DNA from: a virus
Lineage: Duplodnaviria > Heunggongvirae > Uroviricota > Caudoviricetes
Strand: one strand, 5' to 3'
IMG/VR virus record: IMGVR_UViG_3300005530_000876
Length of the DNA: 64,000 nucleotides
A program made the position numbers and the translations under genes. Positions 9,725 through 20,713 of the stretch are shown here, piece by piece (positions within the stretch are counted from its first letter, which is position 1; every line of letters begins with the position of its first letter). Under the pieces are notes generated by a model that was given only the letters and a program-made list of their open reading frames with translations, was not told where the DNA came from and searched no databases.

Positions 9725-11464
9725 TTAAATCGTTGTTATCGTAAATCCATTATAATCAATAGTTGCCGTTCCTGTGATGCTCCATGAACCGCCTGCTGAA
9801 ACATTTACTACCACGTTTCCCATTAATTTCTTAACGCCTGAGCCTCCAAATTCAAGAGTTCTATAAGTTGTTCCTGTCACATCTTGATTTCCTGCCATAT
9901 TGTATTTGAAAATGTTTGCGTTAGTACTGCAATCCAAAATCCCTGTAAGCATTGGCTGTTGAGCATTTTGGTAGTTAAATGTACCTCCTGGAGTATTGAC
10001 AAGTTTGCTTGAGGAATTATCTCCATTTAACGTGCCTTTTAAGGTTATTGATATGTTTTCACCTCCATATACAGTAGTTATTGTGATTGCTCCGGATATT
10101 AATATGTTTGCGTTTATCACATTGCTGTATATATTTTGGCTGTTGGTTGTAAATAGTATAGTGCCAGCAGATATAGTAGTGGGAGGTCTTGAACCACTCG
10201 TAAATCCGCCTCTAAGCTCTGCTGTATATCCGTTTAATGTAAAATTAGCGCCATTGATATTTACAAGTCCTATTAAAGTAACATTCCCTAATATAGCAAC
10301 ACCTGTTATGGTAGCTACAAGATTTCCATTTACTACTGAGCCGGATTGTAATGATTTAGTAGCTCCGTTTATAAGCTGAAGACCTTGAAAAGTTGTCAAA
10401 GGTATTGTGTAGTTGGTAGTCATGCCATAACCTATAGCACTTCCAGCATTAGCCATGTGATTAAAAACACCCGTACTCATGGGATAAGGCGCATCCCAGT
10501 TGAAAATCAATGTCCCTCCGCTTGCTATCACGAGTTGACTTGCACCAGATATGCCGTTGAAATTAGCTCCTGAACCCAATTGGATAGATCCGTTGCCAAT
10601 TGTGAATACAATATCTTCTATGATTAAATTGGTGTTGAATATAGGACTCATCTGACTCATAGTTTGGTTGTTGGTATTAAATTTAATAACACCTGTACCA
10701 AAGTTTGAATTTGTCCCTAACAACATGACTTCACTGCCTCTAAACTCTATATCCGGGTTTCCGTCAAATGTAAAAATTGATCCTCCTGAAGTTGAAGTAA
10801 TACCGGCAATAATTATAGTTCCTCCATTGTATTTATACAAGTGCCTGGCATTGTCTATTTGTATATTACCAAAGAATGAATAATTATTTCTCATGTCGAA
10901 TTGGCCAAACATAAAGTTGTTAAGTACTATAAGATCTTTGGTAATATATTGAAATCCTGAACAGGATAACTTATAATAAGTCACAGGCAAAATTTCCATC
11001 CATTCGCCCACATATTGGTATCTTACCCAATTATTACCAGCCAAGAAATGATTGTCATCCAAGTTAGAGTTTATTAAACGTCCATAAAAGTTTAACGCAC
11101 AGATGGAATAACCTCCAAAGCTAAAATCAATCAATCCTGTACATTTTATATCACCGTAAACATTTAACGTCGTCTGATAAAAAGTAAAGATTAGAGTTCC
11201 TGAAACAAAAAGATTATTACAGTTATGAGTTGCTTGCTCTGCTGAATCCAGATTAACTGTATGTCTTACATAGACATCATCATATTGCGTTGGCGTTCTT
11301 CCAAGAATTTTATCGCCTACGACTTCCCACATCATTGGATCACTCCAGTTTCCATCTCTAATTGAATAAAAAATATTGTTGTTAATGCTCGCACCAAAGC
11401 CAGCGCTTTGATCCCTGAACAATCCTTGTGGAACTGGATATAGCTGTGTTGGAAAGCCGTACAT
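9725..11464 (-). CDS. Tail fibre / receptor-binding protein (beta-helix-like repeats)
   Basis: 579-aa ORF with recurring G-x-N-x-T/I-x-G repeats (GNVTLIGLVNINGANFTLNG...), downstream of the tape measure protein in transcription order. Confidence 0.5.
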   Translation of the reverse strand: MYGFPTQLYPVPQGLFRDQSAGFGASINNNIFYSIRDGNWSDPMMWEVVGDKILGRTPTQYDDVYVRHTVNLDSAEQATHNCNNLFVSGTLIFTFYQTTLNVYGDIKCTGLIDFSFGGYSICALNFYGRLINSNLDDNHFLAGNNWVRYQYVGEWMEILPVTYYKLSCSGFQYITKDLIVLNNFMFGQFDMRNNYSFFGNIQIDNARHLYKYNGGTIIIAGITSTSGGSIFTFDGNPDIEFRGSEVMLLGTNSNFGTGVIKFNTNNQTMSQMSPIFNTNLIIEDIVFTIGNGSIQLGSGANFNGISGASQLVIASGGTLIFNWDAPYPMSTGVFNHMANAGSAIGYGMTTNYTIPLTTFQGLQLINGATKSLQSGSVVNGNLVATITGVAILGNVTLIGLVNINGANFTLNGYTAELRGGFTSGSRPPTTISAGTILFTTNSQNIYSNVINANILISGAITITTVYGGENISITLKGTLNGDNSSSKLVNTPGGTFNYQNAQQPMLTGILDCSTNANIFKYNMAGNQDVTGTTYRTLEFGGSGVKKLMGNVVVNVSAGGSWSITGTATIDYNGFTITTI

Positions 11465-11883
11465 TAGTAATCGCCTCCCTGCGCAAAAACATCGGTCTGG
11501 TCTGCTGTGGTAGAGTAAACAGACTGAGTTACATACAATATTTGCCCTGGCTGAAGGAATCTACCATTGGTCATGGTTACAGTTGATGTTTGTCCTTGTA
11601 CTGTGGCAGATGAAGTTGCTGCGGCAATGCTTTGTTCATTTATCAGCCTTGGATTAAGTCCGGATGTATCTGATATAAAGATCCTCCAAACTTTAGCAAC
11701 TGCCGACCCAATACCTGGCGAAGCGTTAGTAAAGATGACGTAATCAATACGGCTTCCGTTTGCTCCAGCAGTCCATAAAGGTACCAGCGTCCCGGAGCCG
11801 TCTCTGTTCACGTTAGCAGCGGAGATTCTACAAGACTCTAAACGCGGTTTGATCAAAAATATAGGTACTGTATTCGCTGACAT
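11464..11883 (-). CDS. Tail protein, hypothetical
   Basis: 139-aa ORF between the tape measure and fibre genes. Confidence 0.4.
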   Translation of the reverse strand: MSANTVPIFLIKPRLESCRISAANVNRDGSGTLVPLWTAGANGSRIDYVIFTNASPGIGSAVAKVWRIFISDTSGLNPRLINEQSIAAATSSATVQGQTSTVTMTNGRFLQPGQILYVTQSVYSTTADQTDVFAQGGDY

Positions 11884-11884
11884 T

Positions 11885-12112
11885 TTATGATTTCATTGTA
11901 AGGGTTAACATATAACAGTTCATAGCAGTTTCGGGGGCTATGCCTTGTCCTACAGCTTCATTCAAGTACTTGTTGAAATTCTCTATTGTTAAACCCAGCG
12001 AAGGTAATACCGCATTGAACGCTGTAGTATAGGCATCCGTCGCCATGTAATTGTTTAAGACGGCCTGTTTAATGTTTTCATTAATAAGGTCTGTGTAATC
12101 TACTTCTTCCAT
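11885..12112 (-). CDS. Hypothetical small tail-module protein
   Basis: 75-aa ORF. Confidence 0.35.
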   Translation of the reverse strand: MEEVDYTDLINENIKQAVLNNYMATDAYTTAFNAVLPSLGLTIENFNKYLNEAVGQGIAPETAMNCYMLTLTMKS

Positions 12113-12114
12113 GA

Positions 12115-12594
12115 TTAAATAAAATTATAATAGTTAAAAAGTTTGTTTCCTATTGGGTTAACAGCATCAATTTCTCCCTGAAGAACATCTATTTCATCCT
12201 GTGTTTTTTGTGATGAATAAACAGTTGTTAAAGAAGTTGTAGTGTCGTCTATAGCCGCACCACCACCACCCGCATTATTGACTTTTATCCAAGTTGCTCC
12301 GGTCGAAACAATCCAGTCAGTTGCTTTCCAATCTGCAATTCCTGCAATGTCTGTAGTTCCATCAGTATCAACTACAAAATAATATCCCTCATTTCCGGTG
12401 CCGGCTGCCGGGATAGGATTACCATTCAATGTAACATCCGAACTGGTAATGATATTCGTATTAGCGTTCCAGGTACCCTTAAATTTCACGGCGCCGGCAG
12501 TTCCTGCGGGAACATCCAGAGCTTCTTTTATTTTCCTAAAGTTTTCCCGAATAATTTCAGGGTCCTGCGTTTGATATGAAAGTCGAAGGTTCAT
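12115..12594 (-). CDS. Tail protein (distal tail/fibre-like), hypothetical
   Basis: 159-aa ORF that overlaps the tape measure gene end by 4 nt; Gly/Thr-rich. Confidence 0.4.
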   Translation of the reverse strand: MNLRLSYQTQDPEIIRENFRKIKEALDVPAGTAGAVKFKGTWNANTNIITSSDVTLNGNPIPAAGTGNEGYYFVVDTDGTTDIAGIADWKATDWIVSTGATWIKVNNAGGGGAAIDDTTTSLTTVYSSQKTQDEIDVLQGEIDAVNPIGNKLFNYYNFI

Positions 12595-15500
12595 AATTTT
12601 CCTATTGCAGTAGCTTTTTTAGTTTTGTTGTTTGCCCGGTCAACCTTTGCCGGGTCCAGTACAACCTGTAATTTGTCAATTCTTTGATGAACTTGCCGGC
12701 CTGTTTCTTCAATCAGTCCTGCTAATGCAGATATCTGACGGCTGTTTTCTTCAAAAAGATTTGATGTATTGCCTGACAAAAAAGATCGTGGATTAATAGG
12801 AGCCTTTAATGATCCTCCCAACTCTTCACTTCCTATGCCGGCATAACCTCCGGACGCAAAAGCCTGAATCCTTCCGCCATCTGCAAATCCAGGTACACCA
12901 AGCCTTCTAAAGAATTCGTCACCACCAGCTTTCCGCTGTTGCTCTTCATTCAGAAGCACTTCACCGGTTTTTACCGTTGCCAAAACGTTGTCGCCGTTTG
13001 GCTGTGTAGGAATATTTGATGGATTTGTAACTTTTCCGTTTGGAAGTTTTGGAACTTTACCACCACCAGCTGCCGCAAATTGAGCCGAATTGATCTTACT
13101 TACATTGAGGGCATAATTGGCGAAGGCAAGCGCCGCCTGAATTGCGTACATGATTGTGCCCGCGACTCCCAAAGTAGCAATGTTCAACGGGTTTGGAGCA
13201 AAAGCAATCACGGCCAAATTTGATAATTGAATTGCCAGGTTAATTTTTGCCTGTTCGATCTGAAGCTTTTTATTTTTCTCAAATGCTGCCTTATCCGCTG
13301 CCTCCTTTTTGGCCTGGAATTGCCGATCGAGTGAATCCTGCTCAGCCTGGCTTTGTGCTTTGGATTTCGCCTGTTGCAATTCAATATCTAACCTTTGCTG
13401 TGTGATTTGATTGCTATGCTCGATATTATTCTGTTCCGCCTCAAAATAAGAATCCATTGCATTTTTCGCAGTTCCGAACCCATCGGTAATGGTCTGAGCC
13501 AAAAGTTGCGCCTGGCCACTCTCTTTTCCAAAGCCAAATAATTTCCCAAGGGATTTCTCCAAAACGGCGCTCATAGAGGTAATGCTGGTTTTCCCTTCCT
13601 GGATAGCATTATTCAGTTTTTTCTGGCCTTCATTTGCAGCGGCATATATTTCCTCAAATTGTTTTTTTGTAATCAGTCCAAAATCCAAAAGTTGCTTTGC
13701 TACCAAAACTTTTGCTACATCTCCTTTCAATTGCACCCCGCCGGTTTCCACGTCTTCAGTGGTAGTAAGAATTTTTATTGCTGACGTCTTATTCTGAAGA
13801 CTTTGATTGCTTTTCAAAATATCCTGAATCAGCTTATCATACTTCAACTTTATTTCAGCTACAGCTTTTCCTGTGGAATCATCAATAGCCTGCAAAGTGC
13901 CAACCGTGATTTCAAGGTCTGTCTTACTGATATCATGAGAAATCTGTAGCAATGCATCTTTTCTTTTTTGTGCATTCTCAACTGACCGCTGATTGTATTT
14001 TGTTTCGAGCTGATCAACCTGGTAATCATATGTTGCTTCAAGAAGATATTCGGCGGCCAGGAAATCGGCCTTTGCCTTCCTTTTCTCCTGATCCGTTTTT
14101 GTAGGATCTTCATTCGTTTTTTCTAACGCGAGTTTAGCCTGATTTATAATGCTGGCGAAATTTGCATCTAATTGTTTTTTCTGCAGGTCGAATAACTTTT
14201 TATTCGTTTCTTCTTCCTGCTCAATGATGAAGAGTTTTTGTTGCGCTATTTGTTTTCTTTCCTCAGCATTACTACCATCGAGTGCAGCAATTTTCTTATT
14301 AGCGGCATCGGTATTGATCTTGAGCACATTTGTCAAATAAGTCTCTTCATCTTCCTGCAGTTGCTTGAATTTTAATTTTTCTTCAGTGATCTCCTGATCG
14401 GTCTGCGCATCAATATCCTTAAACAAATCTTTTTGAACTCCGGAAAGACGAGCGCCTTTGTAGGGAGCCGGCTTCGCTCCACCGGCATCTATTAACTCCT
14501 GCTTCAATGCTGCTATCTTCTTTTTCAATTCCTCCTTCTCAGGTGAACCGTTTATGGCATGTTCAAAATCTGAGTTCGCTTTTTTTAAGTCTGCTTTTAT
14601 TTCAGCAATAGTTCTTTCGCCGATTCCAGGTGCCTGCGGAGCGGCATCGGGAATTCCGGAAACAACTTCCAAACTTTTTTTCTGTGTTTCAAGCTCAGTG
14701 TATATTTTATTGTATTCATCAGTGCCTTTCTTCAGTTTTGATAGCTCAGCAGTAAGATCTGCTATTCTTTTTTGCCTGCTCTTCAAATCGCCGGCCAGAT
14801 AAGCATCGAGGGCTGCGGTTTGTTCAGCTGCTTTTTTTACCTCTGCTTGTTTTTGTTCAAAATTTTTCTGTGCTACATCTGAAGTTTTACCAAGAGGAAG
14901 GGCAGCGGTTGATGCTCCGATTCCTGGGCTTCCGAAGGCCGGAGTAGCCACCAGTTTTTTATTATTTTTTTCTATCTCAGCATTCTCTTTTTGCTCCTGA
15001 TCTGCTTTTAGCTTCGCTTGGAATGCAGCGACTTCAGCATCAGCCTGTTCCTGAGCATATTTATCCCGGATGGATGCGAGTGCCTTTGCCTCTGAAACAG
15101 CTTTCAGATTGGCAATGTAGATCGGATACAGTTCATTGAGTTTTTCCAGGTTTACTTTTTCACCATCATATACACCTGCAAATTCTGGGGCAATACTGAT
15201 CAATGCATCGTATGCTTTTTTTAAGAGGTAAGTTTTACTCGTGTGATCTTGTAAAACGGCTATTAACTGGGTAACATGGGAAATTTGTGATGCTGTACTA
15301 TCAGACACACTTTTTGCAACCTCTCCCTGAATTTGCTCATTCAGGCGAAGCTGTTTATTTTGTTCTGAAATTTCTTTAGTTGCATTGTTGGTGGATTTTC
15401 CAAAGGCACTAATTGCCGGTACAACCAAAGCAATTATACCGAGAATTATTCCAAGCGGAGAAGCTTTTGTCGCAACATTTAAACCATCGGTGGCAAGCGT

Positions 15501-18281
15501 TGCACTGTCGAGAGCAGCAACCTCACTTTCTAATGCCAGTACATGAGCACGTCTTGCAGTAATTTCTCCTTCTAAAACAACTGATTGTTCCGCATCAGCT
15601 GCCACCCTTGCTTCCAGGGCAGCAATAGCGCCATTTTCAGCGGCTATTTCTGAATTGATGGAGGCTATTTTTAAAACCACCGCTGCATTCGTTCTCTGGA
15701 TGGATGCTGCTCTCGCCTGTTCTGCCGCGGCCGCACCGAATAAACCTGATTTTAGAATATTTAAACGAACATACCCAAGAAGCGTGGCTTCATTGTTTGC
15801 CATTTGTTCCAGACGGGTTAAGGTCAGATTTCCTTTATAAAATAACCAGGCGGCAGACATGGCCGTAATTCCTCCGACTATCACTGAAAAAGGAATAGCG
15901 GTAATCACCCGGATGATTGTTAGTAATACCAGCGATACGCCATTCAAAACTTTTAAAAAGTTTTCATTACTGAAAGCGATCTGGAGTTCTTTTCCTATTT
16001 CGGCAATAGTGGCGCCAAACGTTTTTTGTTTTTCTTCGAAAGCGGTTGTCAAGCTTGATGTGGAACTAAGCGCACTACCTGCAAGTTCCATTTTTGCCCT
16101 GAACAAATCTGCATTATTGATCAACTCAGAGAATGCGCCCTTTGCTCTCACATTATTCACACCCAAATCACCAACCAGTTTAACCATTGCCTCTACACCA
16201 TCATTGCCTTTTTCTTTCAGTTTTTCAGCAACTTCCAAAAGTCCTTCAAACGGATTTGCTTTTATAACTGCACGAAGTTTTTCCACGCTGATGCCAGATA
16301 CTGACGCAAACTTCTCTACATTTGAAATCATTTTGGTGAGTAAAATGCTTGTGGCGCTGCCGGCAACTTCTTCGCGTTGGCCTAATTGCTGATAAGCGGC
16401 TCCCATACCCAAAATTTGAGGGATAGTCGCACCGGTTATACTTCTTACTGCGCCGACTCTTTCAGCATATGATTGCAAAAATTCACCTGACACCGGGCCT
16501 GAACTTTGCAGGGTAAACATTGCATTTCCCAATTCCCTGACTCTCTGAGCGGTTACTTCATGATCATCGTGGAAAATACTGATCAATTTCGCAATTGTAA
16601 GCACTCCCTGGTGCGGATCACCGGCATCTTTGCCCAGTGCCGTAAAGAGCTGGTCAAACGCCTGTGTTACTTCACCGATCTCTTCTTTTGCAACTCCTTT
16701 TTGCGCAACTGCTGTAGCTATATCCACAAGATTTGGCAAGGATGTTCGTGTAGGTATCTTTTTTAAGACATCAACCAAATTATTTGCTTCCTCTGTAGTA
16801 CCATGAATATAAATCTGCAATTGAGCGATACTGTCGCTTAACTCTGTATTCGTATGCAAAAGATTAAGCGCTCCCTGAAAAATGGCCTGGAAGCCAACGT
16901 AAGCAACAAGTACCTGGCCGATCTGCGATTTGACATTTTTGAAGCCGCTTGCGATACCTTCAGAAATTTGCGCACCCACGGACCCGGTATTTCGTAAAGA
17001 GTTATCCAGGTTATTTAAAGAAGATCTGATTTGTTCCTGTTGTTCAACATTTCTTCTGAGTTGTGCTTCCACATCCCTGAATGCTGTCGTGCCGGCTGAT
17101 CCTGCTTTCCAATATTCAGAAACCAGTGATTCATTTTGATTTTTTAATTGATCAAACTCAGCCTGCAATTGTGCTCGCTGATTTTTTAAAACATCAGTCA
17201 GGCCAAGGTTTTTAAAGGCATTGATAATACCTGTTTTATATTCACCAACCAAGGTACCATCCGGAGAAAGTGACCGGTTAAATGCCTGTACCTTGTCTGT
17301 CGCTTCTTGGGCCTGCAATTTTACTTCCTGGAAGATGGGAGAATTAAAATCAGTATTGCGGTATAAATTAATCGCTTCTCTCTGAGCTGCCAGTAATCCG
17401 TAATAATTATTTGAAAGCTCTTTTGTCTGAACTCCTTGTGAGGAAAGATCTTGCGTTAATTGTGTCTCAGCTGCTTTGAGTTCATTGATTTGAGCAATAG
17501 CTTCGGTATAATTAATCGTTTGACCCTTAAAAGTTACAGACTCACCAGCTTGTGATGTGCTGACAACCTTTTCAAGTTCCAGCCGCTCAATTTTTATCTG
17601 GGTAATTTTTTCCTGAAGACCTTTGATGATCGATGCCTGACTTTCTTTTTCAATTTTTAGCTGATCCAGGTATTGCTGCTCCTGTCCCTTGATCTCCTTG
17701 ATTTTGGCAATCGCCTCATCATATCCGATCAGACTTCCGTTTAAATTGAAGGTGGAACCTGGATTGCTGTTAGCAGTGAAAGATTCCAGTTGCAGGCGCT
17801 GTTCTTTCAGACGGTTGTAACTTCCTTCGAGTGCGTCGATGGATATTTTTTCTTTAGCCAGCTGTTGAGCCTGCTTTTCTTCCAAAGCGATTTGCCGGTC
17901 CAATTCCTTTTCCTGTGCAATGGTCGAGTTTATTCTTATTTGTTCTGTTTTGGCAACTGATTCCTCTGCTTTTTGAGTTTTAAGTAAGGCATCTGCACGG
18001 TCCTTTTCTGCTTTAGCAAGTAATGCCTCTTCCTTGGCAGCCGAATCTCTTTGAGTTTTCAGGTTTGCCATCTGGTTTTCAAGATCGGCAATCTTTTTGG
18101 TGAGTTGTGTGACAGCATCCGTGTCACCGGCATTGACTTTTTCCTGAAGCTGCGTATTTAATTTCCGCTTAACCTCATCCATTTTCGTGAAAGCGTTTGT
18201 CAGCGCTTCCACTTTGGCCATCGAATCATCATAACCTGCGATTTTCAGGTCATAAATGCGGTTTATAATTGGCTCTGACAT
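12591..18281 (-). CDS. Tail tape measure protein
   Basis: 1896-aa ORF with extensive coiled-coil (E/K/Q/A-rich heptads) and central hydrophobic TM-like segments (LVLLTIIRVITAIPFSVIVGGITAMSAAWLF; IILGIIALVVPAISAF). This is the typical tape measure architecture. Confidence 0.8.
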   Translation of the reverse strand: MSEPIINRIYDLKIAGYDDSMAKVEALTNAFTKMDEVKRKLNTQLQEKVNAGDTDAVTQLTKKIADLENQMANLKTQRDSAAKEEALLAKAEKDRADALLKTQKAEESVAKTEQIRINSTIAQEKELDRQIALEEKQAQQLAKEKISIDALEGSYNRLKEQRLQLESFTANSNPGSTFNLNGSLIGYDEAIAKIKEIKGQEQQYLDQLKIEKESQASIIKGLQEKITQIKIERLELEKVVSTSQAGESVTFKGQTINYTEAIAQINELKAAETQLTQDLSSQGVQTKELSNNYYGLLAAQREAINLYRNTDFNSPIFQEVKLQAQEATDKVQAFNRSLSPDGTLVGEYKTGIINAFKNLGLTDVLKNQRAQLQAEFDQLKNQNESLVSEYWKAGSAGTTAFRDVEAQLRRNVEQQEQIRSSLNNLDNSLRNTGSVGAQISEGIASGFKNVKSQIGQVLVAYVGFQAIFQGALNLLHTNTELSDSIAQLQIYIHGTTEEANNLVDVLKKIPTRTSLPNLVDIATAVAQKGVAKEEIGEVTQAFDQLFTALGKDAGDPHQGVLTIAKLISIFHDDHEVTAQRVRELGNAMFTLQSSGPVSGEFLQSYAERVGAVRSITGATIPQILGMGAAYQQLGQREEVAGSATSILLTKMISNVEKFASVSGISVEKLRAVIKANPFEGLLEVAEKLKEKGNDGVEAMVKLVGDLGVNNVRAKGAFSELINNADLFRAKMELAGSALSSTSSLTTAFEEKQKTFGATIAEIGKELQIAFSNENFLKVLNGVSLVLLTIIRVITAIPFSVIVGGITAMSAAWLFYKGNLTLTRLEQMANNEATLLGYVRLNILKSGLFGAAAAEQARAASIQRTNAAVVLKIASINSEIAAENGAIAALEARVAADAEQSVVLEGEITARRAHVLALESEVAALDSATLATDGLNVATKASPLGIILGIIALVVPAISAFGKSTNNATKEISEQNKQLRLNEQIQGEVAKSVSDSTASQISHVTQLIAVLQDHTSKTYLLKKAYDALISIAPEFAGVYDGEKVNLEKLNELYPIYIANLKAVSEAKALASIRDKYAQEQADAEVAAFQAKLKADQEQKENAEIEKNNKKLVATPAFGSPGIGASTAALPLGKTSDVAQKNFEQKQAEVKKAAEQTAALDAYLAGDLKSRQKRIADLTAELSKLKKGTDEYNKIYTELETQKKSLEVVSGIPDAAPQAPGIGERTIAEIKADLKKANSDFEHAINGSPEKEELKKKIAALKQELIDAGGAKPAPYKGARLSGVQKDLFKDIDAQTDQEITEEKLKFKQLQEDEETYLTNVLKINTDAANKKIAALDGSNAEERKQIAQQKLFIIEQEEETNKKLFDLQKKQLDANFASIINQAKLALEKTNEDPTKTDQEKRKAKADFLAAEYLLEATYDYQVDQLETKYNQRSVENAQKRKDALLQISHDISKTDLEITVGTLQAIDDSTGKAVAEIKLKYDKLIQDILKSNQSLQNKTSAIKILTTTEDVETGGVQLKGDVAKVLVAKQLLDFGLITKKQFEEIYAAANEGQKKLNNAIQEGKTSITSMSAVLEKSLGKLFGFGKESGQAQLLAQTITDGFGTAKNAMDSYFEAEQNNIEHSNQITQQRLDIELQQAKSKAQSQAEQDSLDRQFQAKKEAADKAAFEKNKKLQIEQAKINLAIQLSNLAVIAFAPNPLNIATLGVAGTIMYAIQAALAFANYALNVSKINSAQFAAAGGGKVPKLPNGKVTNPSNIPTQPNGDNVLATVKTGEVLLNEEQQRKAGGDEFFRRLGVPGFADGGRIQAFASGGYAGIGSEELGGSLKAPINPRSFLSGNTSNLFEENSRQISALAGLIEETGRQVHQRIDKLQVVLDPAKVDRANNKTKKATAIGKL

Positions 18282-18354
18282 GTAGGAAAATGGGAAATTT
18301 TAAATAAAAGTAATTTATTTAATTACTTTTCCAAACGTTTTTCCATTTAATTTA

Positions 18355-20706
18355 TTATAAAACTGGGATGTCATTGGGCAAACACTTCAACAGGGCGTAC
18401 TTAATATCCAGTTTATCAGTAGAATTATTCGATAAAACGTTCGCGCTTGATGGATAAGTGTTATTAAAATCTTCCTGGCTGACTGGTGCCCATCTTCTCA
18501 TAAGAACCTGCGAAGGTTTTTCCGCTAATGGCTGATAGTTGGTTATGTTGATCAACTCCCACAGCTGGCCTTTGTAAGATTTGTATTCCCGGTGCAGCTG
18601 ATTTGCGACATCAACATTTTTAAGTCTGAACCAGCAGTTATACCACTGGCCATTCCGGATAATGGCCAGGCGCTGCCAATAGTATCTTTTTAGTAAACCT
18701 TTACCGATCACATAACCTCCGGTGCCATTGGAAATCTTTTCGTCAGAGTATGAAAGTATTGGATCGTTCTGGCCACCCGGTTTATAATTGACGGAAAACA
18801 TGTAGGGAAATGTTTGATAAACTACTCCGTTAAATTTCCATGCGCCGACGCCTTCAATATTTCCTTTGTAATAGCAGGATTTGGGAATAAAAGTATTTTG
18901 GCTTGAATCCTTTGAAGTGTTTGAAATGTTTTCAGGTACCATGCAAACCATTTGAGGAGAAATGCCGGTATTGCTTCCCGTTCCAAGTCCTTTCCACTGA
19001 TCAACCTCATAATGCATTGTTGCTGCAAAAAAAGAATTTTCTATCGATGACTTGCCGGTTTGGAAACGCTTCGGGAACACATATTTCCCTGAAGCAAGTG
19101 TTACCAGGTTGCGGTCCTGAATAAGTTTCAAAATACCGTCGTTGCTGTCATCCTTATATTTAAAAGTCAGTTCCCGATTGAAGTCTGAATAATTATCCAT
19201 CTCCCATGTTTGGCTAAGATCTTCTTTGCCATCCCACGAAATGAAATCCTCTTTAAAATAACCGGGTTGTTTCACGCTAAAATCATCTCCTTCCGGATAG
19301 GCGTGCGTTGGTTCAATGTACAGGATTTTATTTTTGGCATCTGCTTTTAAACTCATGTTGAATTCATCAATCACTCCTTTAAAAAAATCCAAAAATTTAT
19401 AATTCTGCAGGCCGGTATAATTATTAAAATCTATTACACCTCCTAAAGGAATCCTGAAGTAAGCTAATTTAAATTCCAAAACGTTTGCTGTGATGCTTGC
19501 AAAACCTAATTTGGCAGCTGATCCTGATAACCTGTATTTTGCGGAAACAACATCACCCTGTGATACAGTTGTAGTGAAGAAAACATCTTTGATATCGATA
19601 TCCTGCCGGCCTCCGATGAGTGTGCCGCCTAAATTAACTGGCGTATCTGTCTGCTGTAGCACGCCGTTTTTATACCATAGGATTTCAAGCTTTATGTTTG
19701 AACTTTCACCATTTAACCGGGCATTTACATCAATCTGCATATCGAACGTAGCTTCTAAGGCGCCGTAATCCGGAGTGTTGTAAGTCCACTCTCCTGAAAG
19801 AGTGCCGGCATTCCATGCATAATCATTGTTGTTATCAAACCCTCCTGATCCATCACTTCCATTATCATTGCTTACATCAAGATTCCAGATAAAATTTTTA
19901 TACCCATTCGGGAAGCTGTAATAAACATCTTTCGTGCTTTTGGCAAGGAATAAATGCGTGTTAAGCCGCGTTCCATCACTATCTAAAAAGTTTCCCCAGG
20001 CCCAGGGCATTACTTGTCTGCGAAATTTATCGCTATCCATGAAAGCTGATACCACTCTGTAGCCTATTGATTTGAATGCATTGAAGATGATCCAATATTT
20101 TGAAATGGATGGCTTCATGTAGATCGGTAGCATGTTGACATCGTCAGCAACTACCTTACCCTGATCATCTAAAGAAGTACCGCCCATGGGATCGCGGAAT
20201 CTGATCGGAGCAAAAACATACGGCTTGGCAGGATCTGTTCCATCGAAATCCCATGATGCAATTATTTCTTCCGGTGTTAAATCAAAGTTCAAGTATTTTA
20301 AAAAGTCAAATAAGGTCGAATCAGCAAGGTCAATTTTCCAGTCTGCATTATCTCCGTAAAAATCATAGGTATAATCTATTGGACGAAAGTTGTGAGTCCC
20401 GGATTTTAAAAAAGCTTTGCCGGTTAATATCTCAAAACCATTTTCGTCTATGTTGAACGGCTGATTGCTTTTAAAAACATTGTCAGTTGTTAAATCGACC
20501 ATGTCCGGATTGCGGAAAGTGTTTGCTGCAATATCATTGAGTTTCGTTGCCGGTATCTTTACCGAAAGTGCCTGAGCGGAAGTTTTTGTTTGAAAGTTGT
20601 CAGGATCTTCCAGAGCATAATCTATGGATATAGGAAGATCTTCCGGATTGGTGACCTGGACCTGTTTGTCGCCAATTGTTACTTTTAAATATCGGGAAAG
20701 TGGCAT
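18355..20706 (-). CDS. Large tail structural protein (baseplate/distal tail?), unknown family
   Basis: 783-aa ORF immediately upstream of the tape measure gene in the operon. Confidence 0.45.
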   Translation of the reverse strand: MPLSRYLKVTIGDKQVQVTNPEDLPISIDYALEDPDNFQTKTSAQALSVKIPATKLNDIAANTFRNPDMVDLTTDNVFKSNQPFNIDENGFEILTGKAFLKSGTHNFRPIDYTYDFYGDNADWKIDLADSTLFDFLKYLNFDLTPEEIIASWDFDGTDPAKPYVFAPIRFRDPMGGTSLDDQGKVVADDVNMLPIYMKPSISKYWIIFNAFKSIGYRVVSAFMDSDKFRRQVMPWAWGNFLDSDGTRLNTHLFLAKSTKDVYYSFPNGYKNFIWNLDVSNDNGSDGSGGFDNNNDYAWNAGTLSGEWTYNTPDYGALEATFDMQIDVNARLNGESSNIKLEILWYKNGVLQQTDTPVNLGGTLIGGRQDIDIKDVFFTTTVSQGDVVSAKYRLSGSAAKLGFASITANVLEFKLAYFRIPLGGVIDFNNYTGLQNYKFLDFFKGVIDEFNMSLKADAKNKILYIEPTHAYPEGDDFSVKQPGYFKEDFISWDGKEDLSQTWEMDNYSDFNRELTFKYKDDSNDGILKLIQDRNLVTLASGKYVFPKRFQTGKSSIENSFFAATMHYEVDQWKGLGTGSNTGISPQMVCMVPENISNTSKDSSQNTFIPKSCYYKGNIEGVGAWKFNGVVYQTFPYMFSVNYKPGGQNDPILSYSDEKISNGTGGYVIGKGLLKRYYWQRLAIIRNGQWYNCWFRLKNVDVANQLHREYKSYKGQLWELINITNYQPLAEKPSQVLMRRWAPVSQEDFNNTYPSSANVLSNNSTDKLDIKYALLKCLPNDIPVL

Positions 20707-20713
20707 TGTACTT

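Noticed and set aside
15859-16392. Plus-strand ORFs of 60-180 aa inside minus-strand genes (for example 986..1414, 15859..16392, 56476..57015, 51890..52273)
   Set aside because: They lie antisense within long, well-supported minus-strand genes (the tape measure gene and others), have low-complexity translations and no upstream leader context. They are treated as shadow ORFs.
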